DNA of 10,378 nt from a virus: the IMG/VR virus record IMGVR_UViG_3300026549_000932, positions 1-10,378 of that record; one strand, 5' to 3'. The notes beneath the pieces were generated by a model. It was not told the DNA's origin. It searched no databases and saw nothing but the letters and a program-made list of their open reading frames with translations. The first letter of the stretch is position 1. Each line of letters opens with the position of its first letter. Both the position numbers and the translations under genes were made by a program. Of the stretch, positions 1 through 8,611 are shown piece after piece.

Positions 1-24
1 GTGGTAAGTATCTCTGAGTTATGT

Positions 25-120
25 AAACCGAACAAATATTCCCCAAACATTTGTACAATAATTTATAAATAAACATATTATGAAAACCGAACAACAATTT
101 GTGTAAAAATTTTTGTAAAA
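25..120. repeat. Repeated elements upstream of the promoter (possible operator/regulatory array)
   Basis: Exact direct repeat AAACCGAACAA at 25-35 and 84-94; palindrome TTGTACAA at 51-58; near-tandem 13-mers AATTTGTGTAAAA (96-108) and AATTTTTGTAAAA (108-120) with one mismatch. Confidence 0.5.
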
Positions 121-124
121 TCTA

Positions 125-153
125 TTGACAAATAAAACGTATTGTAGTATTAT
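125..153 (+). promoter_or_regulatory. Sigma70/sigmaA-type promoter for the rightward gene block
   Basis: Consensus -35 TTGACA at 125-130, 17-nt spacer, -10-like TATTAT at 148-153; upstream of the first + strand gene. Confidence 0.75.
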
Positions 154-160
154 AATTATG

Positions 161-195
161 CAAGCAGATAAAATATATTGTAACTATCTGTCTTG
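161..195 (+). other. Potential 5' leader hairpin near the predicted transcription start
   Basis: CAAG (161-164) pairs with CTTG (192-195) and CAGATA (165-170) pairs with TATCTG (185-190), leaving a one-nt bulge (T191) and an AT-rich loop. Confidence 0.45.
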
Positions 196-280
196 AATAA
201 GTATTGAAAGTTATAGCTATATCTTATGAAAGCTAGAAAAATTATGGTTTGCAACCTTATAGCAAGAAAGAGGAAAAAAT

Positions 281-703
281 ATGGAAAGCAAAAAGTATGA
301 AGTAACAGTACTAGAAAAGAAAGGAACATGCGACAATGCATTGTTCGAAAAAATGGCAAAAAAAGGAGATTTAACAGCAACTAAAGTATCTAACTTAGTA
401 GGAGCAGAAGTTAAAATAACAGGATATGCAAAATGTAACATTGTTACAGATGACAAAAATTTTAATATCAATTATTTTGATACAGAAGAATATGGATTAG
501 TATCAAGCGGAAGTGAAATTTTCACTGAAAGCGTCGTTGACTACTTCGGAGAAGTAGAAAGCGTAAGACTTGTAGAAGTAAAGACTAAAAAAGGAAAAAC
601 ATACAAAGCTGTTCCAATTTTAGGAAATAGCAAAAAAACAGAACAAGAAGAAACTACAAAGAAAGAAGAGCCAAAAGAAGTATCAGATGATTTACCATTT
701 TAA
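281..703 (+). CDS. Putative phage single-stranded DNA-binding protein
   Basis: 140 aa; first gene, upstream of putative terminal protein and DNA polymerase; acidic C-terminus ending SDDLPF resembles the SSB C-terminal tip; purine-rich RBS (AAGAGG) before ATG. Confidence 0.65.
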   Translation: MESKKYEVTVLEKKGTCDNALFEKMAKKGDLTATKVSNLVGAEVKITGYAKCNIVTDDKNFNINYFDTEEYGLVSSGSEIFTESVVDYFGEVESVRLVEVKTKKGKTYKAVPILGNSKKTEQEETTKKEEPKEVSDDLPF

Positions 704-730
704 TTTGTAGAAAAAAGGAGAATATAGACA

Positions 731-1510
731 ATGCCCAAGTATAATAAAAAAGTTCTTACACCTGAAGAACAAGAATTATTTAATGAACTTAAAAAATTAA
801 GTAAAAGAGCCAACCAAAGAATTGTAAGGCTGGAAAGAGCTTTCGGGAAGGATACTTGGGCAACTAAATATCTGAAGGAAAAATTAGAGAGCGAACCAGT
901 CCAAGCCTGGACAACAAAAGGAAGAGTTAGAGTGAATAAATCAATGACCTTGATTCAGATGAAAGCTACAATAAAAGCTACTAAAGAATTTTTAAATAGT
1001 AGTATTTCAACGCAAAGAGGTGTTAAAAAAGCAAAAATAAAAGCTATAAAAACTTTAAAAACTAGATTTAGCACTGATGTCTCTGATATAAGTTATGAAG
1101 AAGCTGAAGCCCTTACAAAATTTTTTGAAGACAATGAAGTTAATGGAATTACAAATTTTATTCCAGGTTCTGATGCATTAGCTATAATTGAAGAAGCAAG
1201 AGAAATGAAGAGTGATTATACAACTTTTGCAAGTCAAATGGAAAGTATTATTAGATATAATAAAGGTTCTTCATATGAAAGTATTTTACGTAAAATTTAC
1301 GCTAAATACATATATAAAGGAAATGCAGATACAAATGAACTAGAAATTTTATATAATAACATATTTGAATTATTATCAAATGCATCAAATGAATCAGATT
1401 TACAAGAAGTTGAAAGTATTATAAGTGATTTATTATCACAAAATAAAATTAATGAACAAGAATATAATTACTTAATGAATGAAGTAAACAATAAAAGAAA
1501 AGAGCTATAA
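731..1510 (+). CDS. Putative terminal protein (genome-linked primer protein)
   Basis: 259 aa, helical and basic N-terminal half (LSKRANQRIVRLERAFG), immediately upstream of the protein-primed DNA polymerase, as expected for this phage group; AAAAAGGAG RBS before ATG. Confidence 0.6.
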   Translation: MPKYNKKVLTPEEQELFNELKKLSKRANQRIVRLERAFGKDTWATKYLKEKLESEPVQAWTTKGRVRVNKSMTLIQMKATIKATKEFLNSSISTQRGVKKAKIKAIKTLKTRFSTDVSDISYEEAEALTKFFEDNEVNGITNFIPGSDALAIIEEAREMKSDYTTFASQMESIIRYNKGSSYESILRKIYAKYIYKGNADTNELEILYNNIFELLSNASNESDLQEVESIISDLLSQNKINEQEYNYLMNEVNNKRKEL

Positions 1511-1513
1511 ATA

Positions 1514-3627
1514 ATGAAATATTACAAAGAATATGAACCTTTTTTTGGTGATATTGTTGGAGATAGGAAAAAAGTTGATAATACAATATATTCTTTTGAT
1601 ATTGAAACAACTAGTTATATCAAGCTAGATGGAAAAATTATGCAGGCTAATCAATATTTAGAACTTTCAAAAGATGAACAAGAACAAGCAGAATTTAAAA
1701 GCTGTATGTATATATGGATGTTTTCAATTAATGATATTGTATATTATGGCAGAACTTGGGACGAATTCAAAAAATTTTTAGAAAAATTAGAATTTTATAA
1801 TTCAAATAAAAAAATTGTTTTTATACATAATTTAGCATTTGAATTTCAATACTTAAAAAGCGTTTTCAAGTTCAAAAATGTAATAGCAAGAAAAGCACAT
1901 AAAGTTATGAAATGTGAGTTTGAAGATTTTAATATTGAGTTAAGATGTTCGTATATGATGTCAAATTGTTCACTTAAGCTACTACCTAAAGTTTTTAAAT
2001 TGCCTGTTGAAAAAAAAGTTGGTGATTTAGATTATACATTATTAAGAACTCCAAAAACTACATTAACTTCAAAAGAATTAGGTTACTGCGAGTTTGATTG
2101 TCTAGTTGTTTATCATTATATAAAAAGAGAGCTAGAAACTTACGAAAGAGTTGATAAAATCCCGTTAACTAGTACGGGACACGTAAGAAGAGAATTAAAA
2201 GAGCTAGTATCAAAAGACTATGATTATAAAAGAAAAGTAAAAAAAGCAATAAATGTGAATCCTCATATATTCAATTTATTGCAGGAAGCGTTCGCTGGTC
2301 GGATACACGCACGCTAATTGGTTATATACAGATGAAATCCAAAAACATATAACAAGTTGGGATTTTACATCAAGTTATCCTTATATTTTAGTTACACATC
2401 AATTTCCGTCAACTGAATTTCTAAAATGCAATATTAAAAGAAAAGAGCAGATGATCAGAAAATTTGCTTATATATTGGTTGTCAAATTTAAAAATATAAA
2501 TTGTAAATATTATAACACTTTTATTTCTGAAAGTAAATGCAGATATGTTAAGAATCGGAAAATTAGACAATGGTAGAATTATAAGTGCAGATGAGCTTGA
2601 AATAGTTCTAACAGATGTTGATTTTTATTTTTTGTTAGATTCATACAAAATTGAAGAATATGAAGTAGAAGAAAGTTATTATAGTATATATGATTATTTA
2701 CCTAAACAATTTATTGAATTTGTTTTAGAAAAATATGTAAATAAAACAAAATACAAAAATGTAGAAGGTATGGAAGTAGAATATGCAAAAGAAAAAAATA
2801 AATTTAATGCACTATACGGAATGAGTGTAACAAATATGATTAGAGATGAAGTTGCCTATGATAATATTACAGACTGGAGCGAACGAGAGCTTACCAATGA
2901 CGAAATAATTGAAAAACTGAATGAAGAAAAGAAAAAATCATTTTTATCATTTGCCTATGGAGTTTGGGTCACTGCTTTTGCACGTTCGAACCTTTTAAAA
3001 AATGTTGTAAAACTAGATACATATGTTGTATATTGTGATACTGATTCAATGAAATTAAAAGAAGGATATAATCAAAAAGTTATTGATGATTATAATAATT
3101 TTGTAGTAAATAAAATAAAGTTTGTCAGTAAAGCACTAGATATACCATTTGAAAAATTCAGCCCTAAAGATTCAAAAGGAAAAGATCATATTTTAGGAGT
3201 ATTTGATAATGATGGATTTTATGATGAATTTATCACGCAAGGTGCAAAAAAATATGCGTATACAAAATGGATTGATGCAGAAAAAATCAAAGATGATACA
3301 AATGTTTTAGAAACTAAAGAAAATAAAGCAAAAGTTTTAGAAATAACAGTCGCTGGTGTTCCAAAGTCTGGAGCATTAGGACTAAAAAGTCTAAATGATT
3401 TTAAAGATGATTTTGTTTTTGATTTTAAATATACAAATAAAAATTTATTGATGTATTGTGAAAACCAAGAAAAAAATGTTATAATAGATTATGAAGGAAA
3501 TGAATATGAAGTAGATGACAAAAGTGGTTGTTGTTTAGCTCCAACAACTTATGTACTAGGTAAAGCATTAGAATATTCAGATTTATTATCTGATAATTCA
3601 TCAAAAAGAGCAAAATTTAGAGAATAG
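1514..3627 (+). CDS. Protein-primed family B DNA polymerase, reading frame broken by two +1 shifts (segments 1514-2299, 2301-2555, 2557-3627; about 703 aa if joined)
   Basis: Exo motifs FDIETT, HNLAFEFQYL and YCEFDCLVVYHY in segment 1; motif A WDFTSSYPYI in the third-frame middle segment; YGM and FAYGVWVTAFAR, YCDTDS and KKYAYTKW in segment 3. Extra C at 2300 and 2556. Confidence 0.92.
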
Positions 3628-3636
3628 AGGAATTAT

Positions 3637-3843
3637 ATGGAAGATTTAGAATATATTAAAAGATTTTCAAAAATAACAATTACAGGTATTTGCAAAAAGA
3701 AAAAAATTGATAGAGCTAATTTGCTAATGAATCGAGCCTCAAAAGAAAAAATTAAAACTGTACGAGAAGAGATAGAGAGCGAAATAGCTAAATTATATTT
3801 AAAACCAGATGAAGATGAAGAGGAAGATAAAAATGTCAAATAA
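3637..3843 (+). CDS. Small charged protein of unknown function between polymerase and packaging ATPase genes
   Basis: 68 aa ORF MEDLEYIKRFSKITITGICKKKKIDR...; GGAGG-type RBS just upstream (AGAGGAATTATATG); 3' end overlaps the ATPase gene. Confidence 0.6.
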   Translation: MEDLEYIKRFSKITITGICKKKKIDRANLLMNRASKEKIKTVREEIESEIAKLYLKPDEDEEEDKNVK

Positions 3844-4927
3844 AAAAGTTGTTCATTACAATATGGACAAAATTGATAAAATTGGTGCAAGATTCAATTT
3901 AATATATGGCGAACGTTCAAACGGCAAAAGCTATCAAGTAAAGCATAAAAAAGCAGTTGAAAAATATATAAAAACAGGAAAAAGATTTATATTGATGAGA
4001 AGACTTCGAGAAGAAATAACAACTGAAAAAATAGAGCAATATTTTCAAGATGTAGATGTAGCCAAATTAACAAATGGAAAATATAACTGTATAACATTAT
4101 ACAGAAAAAGCCTTTATTTTTCAGTATATGATAATGAAACAGGAAAGACAAAAAGATTTGAAAAAATTGGTTATGTAGTCGCTTTATCTACAGAACAAAA
4201 CTACGCTGGTGCAAGCTATCTTGATGTTGAAGATATTATTTTTGAGGAATTCATGTCAAGAACAACATATTTGTCAAACGAATCAAATAAATTAATGAAC
4301 TTTTACGCAACTGTAGACAGAAAAAGACTTACAACAAGATTATGGCTGGTTGGAAATACTATCTCAAGAGTTTGCCCATATATTAATGATTGGGGTTTGC
4401 ATAAGTTAATAAGTTCGCAAAAACAAGGAACAATAGTTGTAAAAGAAATTCCAGACGTAGTTGATGGAAACCCTCCAATAAAAATAGCAATTGAATATTG
4501 TATGTCGACTGGTCAAACTTCAGGAACAATTGGAACAAACGCAAAAATGATAAATACTGGAGCCTGGGAAACAAAACCACAACCACACTTGCCACAAAGT
4601 TACAATGATTATAATGTACTTTTTAGATTTGGCTTTCAATATCAAAATTTTAAATTTTTATGCGAATATTTAGTTGATAAAATAACAAAAACGGATCCTA
4701 TCTGGTTTATATATCCATACAATAAAGAATTTTCAAATAAAATAATTGTTTTTTCAGATGTTATCAAAACTAGTAAATATTGGCAACGTGATATTTACAA
4801 TATTTCAATAAAAAATGATAAACTTCGTAACTTGTTTATGACGTTCAAGGAAAACAAAATATTTTATTCAAGTGATATGTGCGGAACTGATTTTAAACAG
4901 GTTATAGATTTTATGATAAGGAGATAA
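3833..4927 (+). CDS. DNA encapsidation (packaging) ATPase, phi29 gp16-like; ORF track starts at 3809 but 3833 has the better RBS
   Basis: Walker A YGERSNGKS near the N-terminus; Walker B-like DVEDIIFEEF; size and neighbourhood fit. AGAGGAAG precedes ATG at 3833. Confidence 0.87.
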   Translation: MSNKKVVHYNMDKIDKIGARFNLIYGERSNGKSYQVKHKKAVEKYIKTGKRFILMRRLREEITTEKIEQYFQDVDVAKLTNGKYNCITLYRKSLYFSVYDNETGKTKRFEKIGYVVALSTEQNYAGASYLDVEDIIFEEFMSRTTYLSNESNKLMNFYATVDRKRLTTRLWLVGNTISRVCPYINDWGLHKLISSQKQGTIVVKEIPDVVDGNPPIKIAIEYCMSTGQTSGTIGTNAKMINTGAWETKPQPHLPQSYNDYNVLFRFGFQYQNFKFLCEYLVDKITKTDPIWFIYPYNKEFSNKIIVFSDVIKTSKYWQRDIYNISIKNDKLRNLFMTFKENKIFYSSDMCGTDFKQVIDFMIRR

Positions 4928-4931
4928 AAAG

Positions 4932-6560
4932 ATGAATAGTAAAATTTGGTTAGTAAAAAATATTAAAATGGATAGACAATATACAAACGTATTGTCATAT
5001 ACAGAAGATCAAATGTTGCAACTCTGTCAAGAAAATTTAGTAGCACAAGCTGATCATTATTCCTTTTTAAGACCAACTGGATCAATACTAGCTGGATTCA
5101 GTTATGAAGAATGTTTAAAAGCTAATTATATTGCATTTCAAAATTCAGATTATTCAAATAAATGGTTCTTTGCATGGGTTGATGATGTTATTTACAAGGG
5201 AGATAGAAATACTGAAATTACATTTACTATTGATGCATGGTCGACTTGGTTTAGTTACTGGCAGAAGAAAAAATGTTTCGTTGTTAGAGAACACGTTAAC
5301 AATGATACAATAGGATTACATACAATCCCTGAAAATTTGGACGTTGGGGAAGTTATACAAGAAAGTATAACAGAAGATTTAGCGTATGGCAATGAGTTTG
5401 GATATTGGATAGCTGTTGCGAGTAACTGGAAAATAAAAGACGGAAGTACAGGGACTGAAGCATTAGAAAGTAATAAAGGAACACAAAATTCTGGAATAAC
5501 TGTTTATGATAATACAGTTTTTGGCACACAATTATTTTTCTTTCATATTACAGAATTATCTAGTTTCGCTGATTTAGTATTATTATTACTTCGTACAAAT
5601 GTCGACGGACATATAGAAGATGTAGAAAATATATTTATATTGCCAGATGTTGCAATAGAACAAAGTAAACTAACACAACATACAGCAAGTGTAGGCGGAC
5701 AAAATTTTAGTTTTTATACAATGGGTTATGATTTAACGCCCGCAAAATTTAATACAGAAATAAACAAAATAACTTCTTTTTCTGATTACACACCAAAAAA
5801 TAATAAATGTTTTGTATATCCATACAATTATTTATTTGTTAGCAATAATCAAGGAAGCAACAATATATATAAATATGAAGATTTTAATACTGAAAAATGT
5901 ATTTTTGAAAATCAATTTAGCATTGCTATTGGTGGAAGTGGTAGAATTGTACCAAAGAATTATAAAGGTATGGCGACAAATGATGACGAAGCCTTGGCAC
6001 TTGGAAAATATCCAACTTGTGCTTGGAATTCGGACGCATTTACAAATTGGCTAACACAAAATAGCGTTAATATGACTGTTAGTTTAGGTTTAACAGCTGG
6101 GGCTATTGCTGGAACGATAGCAACTGGCGGAGCTACTGCACCTGCACTTGCTGGGGCTGTAATGAGTGTAGCTGGAAATATAGGCAATACAATAGGACAA
6201 TTTTATCAAGCGTCATTACTTCCTAATATTAATGGCGGTCAAGCTAATGGCGATGTAATATGGGCTTGTAATAGAAATATGTTTAGTTTTAGACAAATGC
6301 GAGTAAAAACAGAATATTTAAAAATAATAGACGATTACTTTTCACGTTTTGGATATGCAATTAAATCAATAGAAGATCCTAACATAACAGGAAGAAGAAA
6401 TTGGAACTACATTGAAATTAGTCCATCAGATGAAATTGGTTATGGTAGCGTTCCATCAAAATTTATGGAAGAAATAAACAATGCTTGTAGACGAGGCGTT
6501 ACAATTTGGCATAATCACGCAAATTTAGGAAATTTTAATCTTGATAATACAATTATTTAA
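4932..6560 (+). CDS. Tail knob / distal tail tube protein, phi29 gp9-like
   Basis: 542 aa; N-terminus (IWLVKNIKMDRQYTNVL, ANYIAFQNSDYSNKWFFAWVDDVIY, EITFTIDAWSTWF, FVVREHV) resembles phi29 gp9; hydrophobic Gly/Ala-rich segment LGLTAGAIAGTIATGGATAPALAGAVMSVAGNIG. Confidence 0.85.
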   Translation: MNSKIWLVKNIKMDRQYTNVLSYTEDQMLQLCQENLVAQADHYSFLRPTGSILAGFSYEECLKANYIAFQNSDYSNKWFFAWVDDVIYKGDRNTEITFTIDAWSTWFSYWQKKKCFVVREHVNNDTIGLHTIPENLDVGEVIQESITEDLAYGNEFGYWIAVASNWKIKDGSTGTEALESNKGTQNSGITVYDNTVFGTQLFFFHITELSSFADLVLLLLRTNVDGHIEDVENIFILPDVAIEQSKLTQHTASVGGQNFSFYTMGYDLTPAKFNTEINKITSFSDYTPKNNKCFVYPYNYLFVSNNQGSNNIYKYEDFNTEKCIFENQFSIAIGGSGRIVPKNYKGMATNDDEALALGKYPTCAWNSDAFTNWLTQNSVNMTVSLGLTAGAIAGTIATGGATAPALAGAVMSVAGNIGNTIGQFYQASLLPNINGGQANGDVIWACNRNMFSFRQMRVKTEYLKIIDDYFSRFGYAIKSIEDPNITGRRNWNYIEISPSDEIGYGSVPSKFMEEINNACRRGVTIWHNHANLGNFNLDNTII

Positions 6561-6564
6561 TATA

Positions 6565-6590
6565 AAAAAGAGAGCATTTGCTCTCTTTTT
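6565..6590. terminator. Bidirectional rho-independent terminator between convergent gene blocks
   Basis: AAAAAGAGAGCA (6565-6576) is perfectly complementary to TGCTCTCTTTTT (6579-6590), with A- and T-tracts on the outer arms for termination on both strands; lies between stop codons of convergent genes. Confidence 0.92.
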
Positions 6591-8595
6591 ATAATGAATA
6601 AGAATAATCAACATTATCTATAGTTTGATTAGGGTCTTGTCTATACTGATTTATAGGACAAAATAAAACTGAACTATTCATATTAGAAATATCAATATTA
6701 CATTTTGCTGTTCCTGATGTTCTTTTAATATATACAGATGCTACAGGATAACCGTTAATATTATTATCATATTTAAATCCAATATCTATTCCTAAATTAG
6801 TATTTTTTATTGTATTTCCGTTTAAAACGTTACCAATAGAAATATTATCATAACTATCTATTCTAAAAATTAAATCAAATATATTTCTATCTATAGATAT
6901 AGTAAATTTTTTATCACAAAATTTAGTAATAGGAATATAACCTATTAATAACCATTTATCAGAAGGGATATCAATTTGTGAATTTAACCAAAATGGAGAA
7001 TAAGTATCATCAATTTTTGTTAATATATCACCATTTACTAATCTGTCTGTTTGATTTATTATGTTTTTAGATAATTTAAATAAATTACTATTAGTTACAT
7101 TTTGAGGTTCATAATTATTAAAAATAATTCCTTGATGTTTTGTAAGCGGAGTGTTAAAATCAAAAGAGTTATTTTCAATTATACCTAAAGGTTGATCTTG
7201 GTTAAAAATAAATAATTTTTGATTTAAATTAGGTAAATAACTCATAGAAAATGAATTCGTTAATATAAAACTATTATTATTATCATTTGAACATTCTAAA
7301 AATGTACAAAATGTATCGTTATAAAATTCATTTATAATATTTCCACCTGCTCCAGCTTCAATATATATAGCTTTTGTATTTTCATACCATTCACTGTAAT
7401 TTGTTAAAGGCTGATGATTTTCATCATATCCAACCATTAACGCATGAATATTTTTTAATATTTGTCCTCCTTTTGTTATATGAAAAGCTTGTTGTACTGA
7501 ATTTATAATTATATTATTATATTTATTATCAGGTCTTTCAATATAAAATCCGTATGATTCTTCTGAAGATGTATTTCCATCTATCTCAATATTTGAAAAA
7601 GATGCGTTACTAGATTGATTATTATTACTTAATGGAAAATAAACACCATATTTATTAAAATATAAAATTTTTATATCTTCAATGTAAATATCAGCGAAAT
7701 TATTTTTTAATTTAATACCTGATTCACAATTTTTAGCATTTATAATTCCCCCTTTTAAATGTGATTTTAATCTAAAAACTCCATCTTTACCAGTATTTTT
7801 TCCTTTACCTGTTCCATTACCTAAATAAATAATACATTCTAGTTGATTATTTGTAAAAATTTCTGCCGTATTATCTAATATTATATTTCCAGGTTCTTCT
7901 TGATACATTATAGTATTAATAGGTGAACTTATTAAATATTTTCCAGCTGGAAAAAAAACAGTTTTATCAGTATTATTATTTAAACATGTTTGAATAAAAT
8001 TAATATCGTCTGAAATTCCATCACCTTTTGCGCCATATTGTTTAACATTAATAAAATCATTTGAAATTAATTCAGCTATTAAATTATCATAATTATTAAG
8101 TGAAATTATGTTCATATTATTTACAATATCTTTATTAGTAATATTTCTAATTTTATAAAAACTTCCACCACCATCATTTTTATTATAAAATCCTAGTGTT
8201 TTTGCATAACTACCATCAATTAAATTTGTCGCATTTTTCATTTCTTCAACATTATCAAATCCAAAAATGGCTTTACTATTTAAATATGCTGATATTATTT
8301 CTTGTAATGTTCCATCTTCTGACATTTCGTTTAATTTATTATTGATTTCGTCTTGTACATCTAAATTATCAAAATAATTATTTACATAGTTTTGTAAATC
8401 AATAAAAGCATTTGTAACATTTTCCATTTGTGTACCTAAAGTATTTTCGCTATTTATGATTTTATTCATTTCTTTACCTAGTTTACAAAATAATTGCCAC
8501 TCTGTAAGAGCGTCAAAATCTGCTTCAATAAATGGGAAATTTTCTAATACGAACCATTTAAAAGGTGTTAAATTTTTATAATCAAATTTATTCAT
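6589..8595 (-). CDS. Preneck appendage / tailspike-like receptor-binding protein with pectate-lyase-type beta-helix
   Basis: 668 aa; INVKQYGAKGDGISDDINFIQTCLNN...VFFPAGKYLI is the classic entry of a phage pectate-lyase-fold domain; Asn-rich repetitive beta-helix-like body; strong SD GGAGGA upstream of ATG. Confidence 0.85.
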   Translation of the reverse strand: MNKFDYKNLTPFKWFVLENFPFIEADFDALTEWQLFCKLGKEMNKIINSENTLGTQMENVTNAFIDLQNYVNNYFDNLDVQDEINNKLNEMSEDGTLQEIISAYLNSKAIFGFDNVEEMKNATNLIDGSYAKTLGFYNKNDGGGSFYKIRNITNKDIVNNMNIISLNNYDNLIAELISNDFINVKQYGAKGDGISDDINFIQTCLNNNTDKTVFFPAGKYLISSPINTIMYQEEPGNIILDNTAEIFTNNQLECIIYLGNGTGKGKNTGKDGVFRLKSHLKGGIINAKNCESGIKLKNNFADIYIEDIKILYFNKYGVYFPLSNNNQSSNASFSNIEIDGNTSSEESYGFYIERPDNKYNNIIINSVQQAFHITKGGQILKNIHALMVGYDENHQPLTNYSEWYENTKAIYIEAGAGGNIINEFYNDTFCTFLECSNDNNNSFILTNSFSMSYLPNLNQKLFIFNQDQPLGIIENNSFDFNTPLTKHQGIIFNNYEPQNVTNSNLFKLSKNIINQTDRLVNGDILTKIDDTYSPFWLNSQIDIPSDKWLLIGYIPITKFCDKKFTISIDRNIFDLIFRIDSYDNISIGNVLNGNTIKNTNLGIDIGFKYDNNINGYPVASVYIKRTSGTAKCNIDISNMNSSVLFCPINQYRQDPNQTIDNVDYSYSL

Positions 8596-8611
8596 TTTTA
8601 TTCCTCCTTTT

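Noticed and set aside
1-24. Window start as the phage genome terminus with inverted terminal repeat
   Set aside because: The opposite genome end is not in the window, so no terminal repeat can be verified.
156-471. Antisense ORFs 156-380 (-) and 217-471 (-)
   Set aside because: They overlap each other, the promoter leader and the SSB-like gene; Phe/Leu-rich composition is the expected reverse complement of Lys/Glu-rich coding DNA.
2283-2302. AGGAAG upstream of the first shift site as a prfB-like frameshift stimulator
   Set aside because: Spacing to the shift codon is much longer than the tight prfB arrangement and no equivalent exists at the second site (GTTAAGAATCGG).
2300-2556. Self-splicing intron or mobile insertion splitting the DNA polymerase gene
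   Set aside because: The intervening DNA is itself polymerase coding sequence including motif A in a continuous open frame; there is no intron-like noncoding block or endonuclease ORF.
3809-3832. Upstream ATG (3809) as start of the packaging ATPase
   Set aside because: It adds MKMKRKIK translated from the overlapping small gene's acidic tail and lacks a good RBS; ATG 3833 has AGAGGAAG at suitable distance.
3633-4595. Antisense ORFs 3633-3890 (-) and 4383-4595 (-)
   Set aside because: Antisense to well-supported + genes, with low-complexity Ser/Phe/Leu sequence typical of spurious ORFs and no supporting context.
5131-6187. Overlapping ORFs 5131-5313 (+), 5812-6054 (+) and 5960-6187 (-) within the knob gene
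   Set aside because: No convincing function or RBS, and the 542-aa gp9-like frame fully explains this region.
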